In this document: piece by piece, positions 24,611 to 38,162 of the stretch
Layout of the letters: each line of letters starts with the position of its first letter
Numbering within the stretch: the first letter of the stretch is position 1
Notes under the pieces: generated by a model
What the model was told of the DNA's origin: nothing
Database searches by the model: none
The model's input: only the letters and a program-made list of their open reading frames with translations
Position numbers and translations under genes: made by a program
DNA from: Neoconidiobolus thromboides FSU 785
Lineage: Eukaryota; Fungi; Entomophthoromycota
Assembly (NCBI GenBank): GCA_025603075.1
Contig: MU626275.1
Span: forward strand, 118,227 to 182,226
DNA length: 64,000 bases
Direction: 5' to 3'

Positions 24611-25040
24611 ATATAGTATACCGATATCGGAAAAAACTCTAAATAGACCAACTCATGTAATTATTTAATGGCTATACTCTAACTAACTATAATAGTATAC
24701 AACCTCTTGTTAATATAGTTTTATTATATTAAGCTATTTAACTTAATTGATTTTATTATTAAATCAATAGATTCGAATCATTAATGTTTTAAAATAAGAC
24801 GTTTATTAGTATTATAAAATTTAATAATACTTTATAAATAGCTAGGGTTTTAAATATTAATGAATTTTAACTTCTATTATTGAATATATTTAAATAAACC
24901 AATGCTATGAAAAAGCCATTAAATTTCAAATTAGTATTTATTATGCTTTAATAAAATATCTTTCAAGTTGTATTAATTATATCCAGTTATATTCAATTAC
25001 AAATAAAATAATATTAAAAAAATGTTAAAATAATAAATTT

Positions 25041-25134
25041 AAGTGTTTTTTTAGCTTCATCATCTTTTCCATCTTTTAAGCACTATTGAGTGGAAAAGCT
25101 GTTAGTAAAATTCTTAAAATAAAAACACATCCCC
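25041..25134 (-). mobile_element. MITE copy 11 (one end decayed)
   Basis: Colinear internal sequence; one CATCCCC end intact. Confidence 0.7.
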
Positions 25135-25789
25135 AGATCTATAACTTTGATTTATTTATTTGTACCTTCATATCAATTTATCTAAAGTATAAAACAGGTT
25201 TTTAATATTAAATAATACACATACATGTTTCTTGCTTAAAAATAGTCAATAGCATAGCTGCATATAAGTAGATAAAATGGTAGAGTAAAAAAGTATTTCT
25301 ATACTTTTACTATGAACCGCTACTCCATCCCTAAATTAACTTTTACAAAAAAACATGCTCCTGCGGAATACAGGCTATCTCAACTGATTTCTGGGACTCT
25401 AAAATTAGAACTGCTTCTTTTTACTCAATAAATTCTCATTTAGTAACCTCCTTCCATCTAAATGACCTCTTATCTGAACTGTTTACTGTTACTTTTATGT
25501 AGTCTTTTAAAAACAAAAACACTTCAGTAGTTTTATTTTCAAGACAATTTCAATAGAAGCAATTACATATACATATACTAAATATATCACAATATCTTTA
25601 TCAAACACTTGGAACAATTTATTAATACAACTCTTAGTAAATTAATTCTGAAAAGATCTAATAATAATAATTCAAAGACAATTATTATTAAAAAACGAGA
25701 CACTATATTTTTAATGAGATATTTGAAATTTTGGGTTAGATGAATAATTTTTCAGATTATTTTCAATTACTAATGCATATACCTTTAGT

Positions 25790-25846
25790 ATAAAAATAAA
25801 AATAAAAATAAAAATAAAAATAAAAATAAAAAATAAAAGTAAAAGT
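25790..25846. repeat. (TAAAAA)n hexamer microsatellite
   Basis: About 9 tandem TAAAAA/TAAAAG units. Confidence 0.8.
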
Positions 25847-27166
25847 AAATATCGTTTTTTTACTAAAAGCTTGATTAAGTTTACAAATTACCACTTTTAA
25901 AGCTAATTACTCTATAAAAGGTTAAAAAGTAATTGTCAAAAGGTTATTAAATTAAATTTCCTTTCCTCCTGTTTTGGGATATTTTTTAAATTTTAATAAA
26001 CTAGTGCCAAATCGGAGTTAATATAGCTATATCTATCTATTCAAAGCTAACGTTTTGTATTATTTTATATTATACGAACTAGTAATGAATTAAAAGACTT
26101 TTACATACTATCTTTTGTATTATAGGAGAGATTTCAAGTGTATTTTATTGACTATTAAAATTATTAATTACTTTACCTCAAAGCTATTAATCAAAAGCTA
26201 CAATATTGAGTTTAAAAAGTATGACATTTAAACATAAATAGTCTAAAATCAGGTACACAGAAATAAATTCTACAAAAAGAAAGACCTATTCATGATAACA
26301 GTTTTAACTACAACTTATAGCAATTTGTCACTAAACTAATTTACTAAATAAATAAACATCATAATTTGTTGATAATATACAATTATATTAATGGGTATCA
26401 AAAATGAAAAAATTAGATTATTCATGGCGTTAAAGTTTCAAATTTGGAAAATAAACTTTAGAGCATAAAATTACTTAGTGCCTTCACATTAATGTTCCCT
26501 CCTTCCTTTTTGTTAAGGGAACATTTTTTATTTGGCTTCTCCTTTCCAAAACTACCGATACTCTCCCGGTTCCTTTTAACTAAATAAAAACATAAAGTCT
26601 TCGGGTCTTAAGTTAGAAAATAATATTTTTTAATACCTTAAATTGAATTTAATGATTTGGTGTCAGCCAAGTAAATTTAAAGGTAAATTTTGTTTGCTGA
26701 GCTAAAATTCTCAATTATTTTTATTGCCAGATAAATCTATTTATAGTATTAATTCTATTAATTTTTTCTTGGCAATCCTAATAGAAGGAAGCAAGTCTAA
26801 ATTTTGCCTATAAATTGTTCAAAGAGTTTACTTGTATTCTTCTATTTGACCGTTTAATATTTTATTCGAATAATTCTTTTCATTGTCAAAGTTTGGTAAA
26901 CTATTATTGGACAAGAGACAACTATGGAAGAGCTAGGCTATTTGTTTGGAGTCTAAGGCATTAAAATGACCCATCAATTAGATCATTTTATAGTAAAGAA
27001 TATCAAAAAATTACTAACCACCTAAAAATAGATAAGCAAAACTAAAAGCTATAAAAAGAAGAGAAAGAGAATGGGAGTTACACAATTATAAAAAAGTTAA
27101 CGGAAAATCAAAAAATCAAGTTGATTATTGAGTTTTAACTAATTGCTCTTTTTATTTTATTTATTA

Positions 27167-28492
27167 ATGTATTTCAATTTCTGTATCTTATTGTTTCTGT
27201 CATGTTCACTACATGTGTTTTCAAAATGTTTCCAACATCCTAAACCTACTGAAAAAGGCTTCATGACAGAAGTGCCTTGTGAGTACGAAGAAGCAGACTT
27301 GAAACAACCCAATAAACAAAGGCTTGTAGGAAATTCAGATTTGAAAACAAATGGAACTGACCCAAATAATATGTTTCAAATATCTTTATCATGTCAATTA
27401 GATTCAACTACTTGCGGAAACGTAAAACAAACATTCGAGACGGCTACTTCTTATCTTTCAAATATTATTAAGTTCAAATCCCCAGTTACTGTTCAAGCTT
27501 CCTTTTATTCTTTCTGTAGAACAAATGGTGATTGTGCAACTTCTCAGATTACTTTAGGCCAAGCAGCTGCTGCAAGAAGTGTGGCTTTAAAAGATGATGA
27601 TGGGCAAGAAAGGCTGTATCCTCAAGCTTTAGTGAAACAAATGAAATTGTCTCCAATGCCACGTATATCATCCTTTGATATTATAGCAGAATTTAACTCA
27701 GATGCCAGCTTTTGGTTTGGTTCAGGTCCACTTTCAAAGAATCAAGTTGATTTTTTACTAGTCGTATCTCATGAGTTGGTTCATGGATTAGGATTTGCAT
27801 CTGCATATTCAGACTACTTTAGTGATGGTAATCCGCAAGTTTTAACACCGAATCCAGAAGTTGGGCGTAGTAGTTCAGGGCAGCTTGCGTTAACTGGATT
27901 CTACGAGAATGTATTTGATAGATATGTAAGTATATTGGGTACTGGACAAACATTTTCAAATTATACTCAACAAATAAACCAATTTGCGTCTACGAAATCC
28001 TTATATAAAACCTCAGATGATTTAGCTAATGCTTTTGTAAACTCAGATCAATATAGTGTGGGTCAAAAATTATTAAGTATAGCGTCAACAGCAAATACCC
28101 TTGGTTTTCAATTAGGCAAGGAAGTATCCACTGCTTCAAATGGTATACTGCAATTAGAAACTAGTCTAAAACCATTTGCTATTGGTTCTTCAATATCACA
28201 TGTATCTAAAAGTGCTTATAGTAATACTGAAGAGTTTTTAATGAGATATGAGTTAGCACCAGGAGTTTCATTAAATTCAGAAGTTTCATCATTAGGAACT
28301 TGGGGATCCGAACCCTATGGACCAGGATTGGTTGCAGTGTTAAGTAAGATGGGATATCCAACTAATGATAATCCCAATCCTATTGTGAAAGCACAAAACC
28401 CATCTGGTAGCATAAGCTTGTTTACTCAAAGTAACAGTTGTATTATACTTTTAATTTCTACCATACTAGCGCTTTGGACATGGATTGTATAA
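27167..28492 (+). CDS. Secreted or GPI-anchor-like zinc metalloprotease (HExxH)
   Basis: Single ORF, likely start ATG 27167 (MYFNFCILLF). Hydrophobic N-terminus, HELVHGLGF, later SSISH, and a hydrophobic C-terminal tail. Confidence 0.8.
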   Translation: MYFNFCILLFLSCSLHVFSKCFQHPKPTEKGFMTEVPCEYEEADLKQPNKQRLVGNSDLKTNGTDPNNMFQISLSCQLDSTTCGNVKQTFETATSYLSNIIKFKSPVTVQASFYSFCRTNGDCATSQITLGQAAAARSVALKDDDGQERLYPQALVKQMKLSPMPRISSFDIIAEFNSDASFWFGSGPLSKNQVDFLLVVSHELVHGLGFASAYSDYFSDGNPQVLTPNPEVGRSSSGQLALTGFYENVFDRYVSILGTGQTFSNYTQQINQFASTKSLYKTSDDLANAFVNSDQYSVGQKLLSIASTANTLGFQLGKEVSTASNGILQLETSLKPFAIGSSISHVSKSAYSNTEEFLMRYELAPGVSLNSEVSSLGTWGSEPYGPGLVAVLSKMGYPTNDNPNPIVKAQNPSGSISLFTQSNSCIILLISTILALWTWIV

Positions 28493-29210
28493 AAGTATAA
28501 ATTGAAGTAACATTACTAATAGTTAATTGGAAATATAATAGATATCAAATAATCTTATATTTTCTAATGAAATGTAACAAGTTTTTATTATAAAATTCCT
28601 TTTTATTTAATTGTAATTTAACTTATTAAAAATAAAAGCAAAGTTTATATTAATTGTATTTTAACCTATTTACTTAGTAAAAAAATTTGCTAAATTAGTA
28701 TAATACTGTTATTTTAAATAATAATACTAATTTTATAATTCGATTTTAGTTTAATTTAATTTTAATTTTAAATTTTTTGGGAAAGTTGCATAAATATCCT
28801 CCTAATTATTTAATAATAATGATGGGGCAACAAAAAGCTTAACACGAATTTAATATTTAAAGTATAAAAGGAATATTGGATATTGTACCAAGCAAGATGC
28901 GTTCAAATCGCAAATTAAGAAAAACATGGACCTTAAAACACTAGTTGACAAGTATCTAAAGCAGATAACAGAGTTTAAAAGTCATTACAACAATGCCATT
29001 TTGGTAAAGAAAGAGAAAGATAATTATTCTTTTTATATTTATACCAATATGAGTTATTATTATTATTTATAGAGTACAGCCTAAATAAAATAAATTATTC
29101 ATATTTTTCTAAAAGCAAAGTAAATTTCTCAGAAAAACGTTTTTAGGATTCAACAAGCTCAAAGACCTATATTCATAAATATATCGAATGGAGAGCAAAT
29201 ATCAAGATAT

Positions 29211-29307
29211 GGGGCTGTTTTTTTTAGTTTCATTATTTTTCCATTTTTTAAGCGCTGTTTGAGTGGAAAGATTGTAGTAAAATTCTTAAACAAAAAAACA
29301 CATCCCC
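29211..29307 (-). mobile_element. MITE copy 12
   Basis: TSD ATAT/ATAT. Confidence 0.88.
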
Positions 29308-29984
29308 ATATATACAAAACAAAATAAACTCAATAAACTGGCTACTACTGATGATAATAGATCACAATTATGTATTGTTATTGATTAATTCCAATATAAA
29401 TAAGCCGAGTACAAAGGATTGTGGGGTATAATAGAGTTTTAGCTTCTATGTCTTTATAAATCTATTTTACTATAATAAATATAATTTTATAACTTACCTT
29501 CTACTTGAACTTAAAGTCATTGTTAAATAATATGTAGTTATTTGAAGCTATTTGTTCTGTTATAAGGTTTATACCCCAAGTGTTTCGTTGGTTATAATAA
29601 AAAATTAAATACTTGTCAGCCCAATTTGAGAGACTGAATAGTCAATAACATTCTGGAAGAGAAAATTCAAGTCAAGTTGATTTTTTTCTTTTGGTAGAAG
29701 GAGAGAGCGGAAAGGTAAACAGGTTTAGTTTTATCTTTCAGGGCATTTGTTATTGGATAATTAAGGAAAGAGTAGATCATTCAACTTTGAATTGTAAAAA
29801 ATAGGTTTAGACAACAACTTGATTACAATTTTCAACTTTGCTTCAGAAATAGAACAAAGAGGACTTTCGAAATTAGCAACTTTGCTTTTGAGAATTCATT
29901 TTGAGCAAATCCTAAATTCAAACTTTAACAAAAGTTAAAAAAAGGTTGTTAACCTTTAAGGTTTTAAAGTTAAAAAATAAAACA

Positions 29985-30420
29985 ATGGTAATGAATACTA
30001 AAAATAGACAAGTAAAAAAAACTGATAATGATTTAGTTGGAACCAAGCCAAGAAGTAGAAGTAAAAGTAACATATCAAGATCAAAATGATATTAATACAT
30101 TTTCAAAATTAACTCAAACCCAAGAGTTAGTTTTAAATGAAATTGAAGCATTAAAACAAGAACGAGAATACCTTGAAGAATTAAGTGAAGAAATGGAATT
30201 AATGGATGAAGAAGAGCTAGTACCTTATCAAATTGGTGATTCTTTTATTGAAATGAAATTGGAAGAGGTTCAGGAAAAGATTTCTTTAGAGTTGGAAAAA
30301 CTTAAATTAAATTTAGAAGGAAAGCAAAACCAAGCGGATAAGTTAGTGAGTGACATGAAGGCATTAAAGACAAAATTGTACGCTAAATTTGGTTCAAGTA
30401 TACATTTAGAAAAGGATTAA
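29985..30420 (+). CDS. GIM3: Prefoldin subunit 4
   Basis: ATG 29985 followed by a GT-AG intron, then LEPSQEVEVKVTYQDQNDINTFSKL...VPYQIGDSF...LYAKFGSSIHLE. Confidence 0.92.
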
Positions 30421-30503
30421 AGAAAATAAACTATTTTTTAAAATTATTGTTTTATGAATATACTAATTTATTTGTTATAAGATTGAATTATAAATTATTA
30501 ACT

Positions 30504-31465
30504 TTATCCTAATTTAAAATACAAAATTAAGAGGATAAGTGCTACTAAAAGGGCTATAATACCAATAGCCATAAAGCGATTCATCATCATACTAAAAAAA
30601 GAAACTAAATAAAATCAATAATTAATTAAATATATGGTACCGTCTAGCCATTTCCTTTAAAGTTCTTTGAGCTGTATCCAAAGAAGAATCAGCTTCTCTT
30701 AACTACAAACCGTTAATTTTTTGATCAACTTAATTCTATATACATTACCGTATCTCTCGTATTAATAATTTGTTCACGTTGACCTCTTAAATCATTTAAT
30801 ATTCCTGCACCCATTTGTTCTACATTTATAATATTTGTTATCTTATTAATTCAACTTAGATATTATTGGTTTACCAGTCTCTAAAGCCAAACGATGAGAA
30901 TTTTCTAATCTAGCAGAAGATTGGTTCAACCTATCAGTACCACTAAGTAAAACACTCCTTTGTTGTTGTTCGTTTCCTTCAGAGCCTAATAATTGTTCTC
31001 TTTCAACATGACTAGTTTGAGCACTACGTTTCTATAATCAAAAAATAAAAATTAAGCTTTTTTTTAATAATCTATAATTACCAAGTCTCTTTTAAGAACT
31101 AATAGTTGGTTTTTATACCCTTTAAATCTTGCTTGATATGGAGATCTTATCGCTTTATTTAAATTATTCAATTCCAACTCCATTTGAGACAACTATACTA
31201 ATTTAGCATAATTTATCTATTAATGCTAAAGATCTTACTATCTCTTCTCCTTCTTCGCATTCTCTTTCAGCTGATCTTACTAAAGTTTTCTTCAGTTCTG
31301 TTTTAATTTTTAATATTAAAATATAAATTTATTTAATGATATTTTACCTCCTTGTGCAACGATAATATCCTTCTTTATCTTTGCTTCTAAAGTTTGAAAT
31401 AAGTTTTTGTATTCTAATTCATAACTTTCAAATAAAGTTGCTCCTCCATATTCACTATTCATCAT
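30504..31465 (-). CDS. VTI1: Vesicle transport v-SNARE Vti1 (multi-exon)
   Basis: Exons read LFESYELEY, LSQMELE, QRSVLLSGTDRLNQSSARLENSHRLALE, GAGILNDLRGQREQI, LREADSSLDTAQRTLKEMARR and the C-terminal TM NRFMAIGIIALLVALILLILYFKLG. Confidence 0.9.
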
Positions 31466-31974
31466 TTTTTAAATAAAGAAATAAAACTTTGGTGGCTTGG
31501 TGACTGAGTTTGACTTTACGGTTAAATTTGTTGTAACTTTTTGGGTAAGGGCGATTTTTTTTACCTATTGCTTAAATTGCTTGATCCGAAATTTTTGATA
31601 TTTAGTATGAAAATTAGGCCTTTTCAATTGTTTCTACTTCTTATTACAGACAAATGGTTAAGTTGTTGGTCGCAACAGTAATACATTTTGAAAACTCAAT
31701 TCTTAATGTAGTATCTCATTGCTACAATCGTATACTCCTAGGGTTTAGAGTTTACTCAAAAATATAACCAAAAACTAGGTTTATCTTGTAAGTCAAACTC
31801 GAAAATGTTCAAGTCAATCCAGTGTTTAACTCATCTACCATTCACTTAATGTTACTTTATATTACTAATCTAAATATCGCTTCAATTTGGGTTTAAAATA
31901 AAAAAATTGTTTAAAAATGATATCAATATACTAAAGAAATTAAATAATAAATACGTTTGCAATTTATTTCATAA

Positions 31975-33411
31975 TCAATAATAAAAGGTTTGTCCAAAGT
32001 AATTATAAATCCCAATAAGTTGAGGGACTAAACTTCTTCGGAGTTCATGGATAATTGAGTTTTTTAGTACATTTGCTTGATTATTAATATCAAATAATCT
32101 TGGCTTCATTAAGGTCAATGCTTGGGAAATCAAATGACAAAATATAGTTCGCAGTCTTGGATCGTAAGGAATATTGTATTTGATTTGATTTGACCAAGAA
32201 AGAGTTTGCCAGCTTATTCCCATCTTATTATATTCTTCTGCATAGTCCAATATAACATTATAACAGTTGTTGTCACATAAATAATAAGGATCTAAATTCG
32301 AAAATTCATAACCAAGCAAAATATCAGGATGGTTTCTTTTTAACAATTGGGCAATAATATCAATGTTGGTAAGTGTTGATTCGCCCACATTTCTTATAAT
32401 AACCCCATCACTGATATTCAAACAAGATATCAATCTATTGTGGATGGATGCTACATCATTTGCAACTTGATAATAACCTTCTTCTGTTTTACAATCCTCA
32501 GGATTCCAATAAAAATCAGGAATTATATCTTTAACGTAGTCCTTGTTCTTAAACGGATCTCCACCTTTATTAGTTAAAATTCTCTCTTTTATTTGCTTCG
32601 CTTTAGAAGGTGACTTAGTCTTGATTTTCAAATGATATTCAAGTGTTTTTTCAAACGTCATTGGAGCTGCTTGAAATGACCAAGGGAGTGAAAAATCATT
32701 TAAAAAGGATTTGCCTTCATTGATATTATTTTTGTAATTCTGGATAGTTTCATAATAGGTAGTGCCCTCATTAGTAGCACCTAATATTAACTTTTTGTCA
32801 TTTATATGATTGAAGGTTGAAATGAAATAACTATCTGCTATATGTGTACGTATCATGATTAAAGGATCCGAATTATAATTCTTAGATAAACTGTGTATTT
32901 TCATAATAATTTCTTCCAATGTTGCGATTGGAACTAACACCACTATGTTTCCTATGGAACTCACTTTTTCCATATAACTATTGACAATGAACCCACTAAT
33001 ACCCTCTTCAAGTGACTGTCTAATTTTAATTGACAAGATATCTATATTATCATAATCCAAGCTTAAAGTGAGAAATATGGGTGTGCTTTCAAGTACATTA
33101 TTTTTGGATACAAGAGAGCTATCAATTAACTCATTGAACTTTGAATAGCTGAAATTAGGTTGATTATTAATATAAGAATAATTGTCAGAAACATTGACAG
33201 TGGTGGCAAAGAATAGAGTGTCAACAAGTTGCGCTTCATTAACAGCTTCACAGCTAAAGTGAAGCTGCTTATTTTTTTGATGGTTAATTAATTTTTGACG
33301 CAATTGTTTACTCTTTGTTGAATGATCGACCGACTCCTTCTTTCCCCCTAAAGATGAATATACCCCAAAATTATATCCATTGAAGATGGCATTTTGGTAA
33401 GTAGAGTTCAT
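31975..33411 (-). CDS. Highly divergent isocitrate lyase-like protein lacking catalytic motifs
   Basis: 478-aa intronless ORF. VLVPIA, IMIRTH, LILGATN, FYWNPEDCKTEEGYYQV, LLGYEFS and MGISWQ parallel fungal ICL motifs in order; DADTG, IEDQ and KKCGH are absent. Confidence 0.75.
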   Translation of the reverse strand: MNSTYQNAIFNGYNFGVYSSLGGKKESVDHSTKSKQLRQKLINHQKNKQLHFSCEAVNEAQLVDTLFFATTVNVSDNYSYINNQPNFSYSKFNELIDSSLVSKNNVLESTPIFLTLSLDYDNIDILSIKIRQSLEEGISGFIVNSYMEKVSSIGNIVVLVPIATLEEIIMKIHSLSKNYNSDPLIMIRTHIADSYFISTFNHINDKKLILGATNEGTTYYETIQNYKNNINEGKSFLNDFSLPWSFQAAPMTFEKTLEYHLKIKTKSPSKAKQIKERILTNKGGDPFKNKDYVKDIIPDFYWNPEDCKTEEGYYQVANDVASIHNRLISCLNISDGVIIRNVGESTLTNIDIIAQLLKRNHPDILLGYEFSNLDPYYLCDNNCYNVILDYAEEYNKMGISWQTLSWSNQIKYNIPYDPRLRTIFCHLISQALTLMKPRLFDINNQANVLKNSIIHELRRSLVPQLIGIYNYFGQTFYY

Positions 33412-33972
33412 TTCAAATGATTTAAAAGAAATAAAAAGATACTTTTGGAAAAATTATTCATTTTTATAAATTTCCAGGGATATTTCTATTAAGAATACCA
33501 TGATTTAATCATATTGGCTATAAATAATTCCTATGGTTATTCTGTTTATTTGTTGAAATTCATTTTTGATCCTCTATTGGCCAATCATATGCTAAATTCA
33601 AACTCATTTTTTACTTTTAAAGAAGTAGGGATAAAACATACTTTTAAATCAATTTCATATGCTCAAAAGCTATTCTTATAAATTAAACTTAATAATGTGA
33701 AAAAGGATATTAATTCTTTTCTTCATACTAGGTTATATATTTATTTTAAAAAGAGCTTCAAGAGACGATTAAATAGACTATGAGTTGTTTAGAAGCGAAA
33801 AAAAATACATAGCTTTTAAATCAAATATCATTATTGGTACGAGTTAAAGGATCTTATTGAATATAATGGCTCAAATAGCCCCTTTTTACATTCAAAATAT
33901 ACTACATGTTAATTACAATAAAATATGATGGATCAATCAAAAAGAATAATTAAAGTAGTTTATTAAAATAAG

Positions 33973-34947
<975 letters not shown>

Positions 34948-35260
34948 ATTAGCTAAAAACGAAAAATAAAGAGAAAAATAAGATAGGTAAAAATAAAATT
35001 GAAAGGTATTTATAATATTATAAACAGTTATAGCATTAAATTAAATAGTTTATTGATAGTAAATTAACAAAACAAGTTTGAGTTTATAGTTTTTTAATCT
35101 TCAACACGAGTTGAAGTTTACTACTATAATTTTTATGCTTTTTAGTTTAATTGGTTAAATAAAATTTAGAAGAGTAAGAATACACATGTAATAATTTCAT
35201 ATAAAAAAATCAAAACAGTATATGAAATAGAGTTTAGTTTTTGCCATCATCAATAAAGCC

Positions 35261-36239
35261 ATGAAGCTATCCTTACTTAATATTATAATGCTACAATTAA
35301 TACTAATAAACTTAATAAATGCTGGCTTATTTAATAATATAATAAGAAGTAAGCAAAAAGTAATCTTAGGCGGATACCAAGTGAAGCCAAGTTTTAAATA
35401 TAGATTTATGGTTTCAATTCAATATAAGAATCGACATTCATGTGGTGGTGTATTGATAAGACATAATAAAGTGTTAACCGCTGCGCATTGTAATTTTGGT
35501 TCCAATAGTCAATTTTCAATCATTTATCATCGTCATGATCTATCGAAATCTTTAAGTGAAGAAAAGGGATTAAGTTTTGATGTGGTCAAAAGGGTTGACC
35601 ATCCAGAATATAATGAAGCTGCTACTGGTAATGATGGTAAAACTTTTTAATATTAAATGGCAGATATATTAATAAAAATATAGTTTCCGTATGGACTATT
35701 AAAACTAGCAAAGGATTCGAAGATCATTATTCATCCTATTCTATGAATTTGAGGATTGATGACGACTCTATTTCTAATCAAGAAGACATTAAATTAAAAG
35801 CAATTGGTTGGGGTCGTACTCAAGACGAAGAAAAAAACTCAAATATCTTATTGGAAACTATCTTACCAGTTCTGAACTTTAACACCTGTTATAATAATTA
35901 TAAAAACTTAACGTCACTTGAGTTGAACCGCAGCTCTCAATTTTGTGCTGGTTATTTTGATGACAGAGGGAAAGGTATTTTGATATTTAAATTCATTTGG
36001 TTTTTTACTAAATAACTTAATTTCAAGATACCTGTTCTGGTGATTCTGGAGGTCCTTTGTTTTACGAGGCTAATAATAAACACTATTTTGTTGGTATAAT
36101 TTCATATGGGGTTGGCTGTGCTATCCCTAATTTGCCTGGGGTAATTTTTTTTTATCCAAAAGTTTAAGCTAATTGTTTTTAGGTATATACAAATATTTAT
36201 GGTTTAAGAAAGTTTATCGATACAGAGTTAAATGATTAG
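35261..36239 (+). CDS. Secreted trypsin-like (S1A) serine protease B
   Basis: Signal peptide, VILGG, CGGVL, LTAAHC, D(V/I)[12 protein letters not shown] and GIISYGVGC; short introns; divergent from protease A. Confidence 0.92.
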
Positions 36240-36406
36240 CATGGTTTCAATTATTTATTCGATATATTCTAGTTTTATCAATAATAGTCAATAATAAATT
36301 TATTAGTTATTTGATTTACTATTTTTATTATTTTTCGATTTATTGGTTTTTTGTACTACTTTGGTAGTAGATTAAAAAGTAGCAACCCTTGAAAAAGATT
36401 ACACTT

Positions 36407-36505
36407 GAGAGTGTTTTTTTTGACTTCATTATTTTTTCCATTTTTTAAGCGCCATTTGAGCGGAAAATTTGTTGCTAAAATTCTTAAACACAAAAATACA
36501 TCCCC
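36407..36505 (-). mobile_element. MITE copy 13
   Basis: 99 bp; TSD ACTT/ACTT. Confidence 0.88.
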
Positions 36506-36834
36506 ACTTTATGTTATAAAGAAAACCAAATTCTAAACTGTGTACTTAAAAATACTATAGTATATTTTATACTAACAACAAAGTTAATACTTTGTAGCAA
36601 ACTATTATAAGCAATTTTAAGGACTCTTTAGACATTAAAAGAGAATTGAGTATTATTATATATCTATCTATATTAAAAGGATTAAGCTTATATTCAGAAG
36701 GTTCAATAGTATTTCTTTACTTAAGAAGTTTTCTAAACAACCCAAAAACCGAAACTTAAGTTATAGAATTTAGTAAAATAGTGTAGATTATTTTAATTTC
36801 ATTCCAGTTGGAAATATTTACATAATATTTTATA

Positions 36835-37641
36835 TTAAGCATAGTTACAAAACACGTTATCTTGGGCTTGTTGTTGACAACGAGTACCTGGTCCACATTG
36901 ACGGAGAACATAGCGACCTTGAGCACATGTATAGAAGCCTCCACTATTGTAGTCACAGAACATGGTGCCTTCTCTACACGAGCTCCAGTTTTTGTGATAA
37001 TTTCTTGCAGCTAAATTAGGATCTGAGATAAATGAGCTATATCTACCTTTGCTTCCATAAGAGCCACTGTTGTCTCCATTGTAATCTCCGTCATAGTTAC
37101 CTTTTCCATTTAAGCTATTAATAAGTGCGTCATATCTTGTGCCAAAAGTTTCGGATTGGCCATTGCCACTTCCATATGAGCTACTTGATGAACCTGATCC
37201 ATAATTGACTCCACCTCCATAAGAACCACTATTACTACCACCATAGCTTCCACCATAGTTACTATTTCCTCCATAAGAGCCACTGCTACCACCATGACTT
37301 CCTGAATGGTCGTGATCTCCACCATATGAACCACTGTTACCACCTCCATAAGAACCGCTACCACCATAACTACCACCATAGCTTCCACCATAGTTACTAT
37401 TTCCTCCATAAGAGCCACTGCTACCACCATGACTTCCTGAATGGTCGTGATCTCCACCATATGAACCACTGTTACCTCCACCATAAGAGCCGCTTGACGA
37501 ACCTACACTTCCATGGTGTCTTAAGCTTTGAGATAAACTTTTAAACTCCCTTGCCTTATTATATAGGCTAGTAATGTCGGAAAGATCAAGTGTAGATACA
37601 CCAGTGATGGCAATGATTGCGATAATGTTAATAAACTTCAT
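36835..37641 (-). CDS. Secreted Gly/Ser/Tyr-rich protein with a C-terminal CBM19-like chitin-binding module, paralog 1
   Basis: Signal peptide, GGSYGG repeats, and a C-terminal six-Cys module CREGTMFC...FYTC...QCGPGTRC...FC. Confidence 0.8.
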   Translation of the reverse strand: MKFINIIAIIAITGVSTLDLSDITSLYNKAREFKSLSQSLRHHGSVGSSSGSYGGGNSGSYGGDHDHSGSHGGSSGSYGGNSNYGGSYGGSYGGSGSYGGGNSGSYGGDHDHSGSHGGSSGSYGGNSNYGGSYGGSNSGSYGGGVNYGSGSSSSSYGSGNGQSETFGTRYDALINSLNGKGNYDGDYNGDNSGSYGSKGRYSSFISDPNLAARNYHKNWSSCREGTMFCDYNSGGFYTCAQGRYVLRQCGPGTRCQQQAQDNVFCNYA

Positions 37642-38069
37642 TTTTGTTAAGAGCTGCTATAAATAGTAAATCGATAAATAAAATCGTTGTTCTGGTTTAG
37701 TTTTTATACTTATTTCGAAAGCTGTATAAGGTTTTTAATCTTATAAAGTTAATATTTATCTTTTTTTTTTAGCTTGTTTTTTCTCCGTCCGCTTTTTAGT
37801 TCTCCTTAATTTCAAAATAATGAAGATTTTTTGGCTTTCCGTTTAAAATTTATAAATAAAATTAAGGCAATGGGGTGTTTATAGGAGTAATTTATTTTTA
37901 TCATAATTGATATTAATATACTTTTAGTTAGTTCAACTTAGTCTGCTGTTAATAGCCAATACTTTTGAGTAGTTTTGTTTTTTGATTTTTTTAGTGTATG
38001 CTAGCATTAATGTAGGGATTTTCTTTTACATTTTGTATGCTGTCATTTTTAACCATGATACATGGATAT

Positions 38070-38162
38070 GAGGATGTATTTTTTTTAAGAATTTTGCTAA
38101 CAATCTTTCTACTCAAATAGCGTTTAAAAATAGAAAAAGTGAAGTCAAAAAAAAACCCCTCT
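38070..38162 (+). mobile_element. MITE copy 14
   Basis: Small internal deletions; TSD ATAT/ATAT. Confidence 0.8.

Noticed and set aside
25310-25500. Coding-like stretch (STDFWDSKIRTASF...)
   Set aside because: Short, interrupted, with no recognisable motif or splice context.
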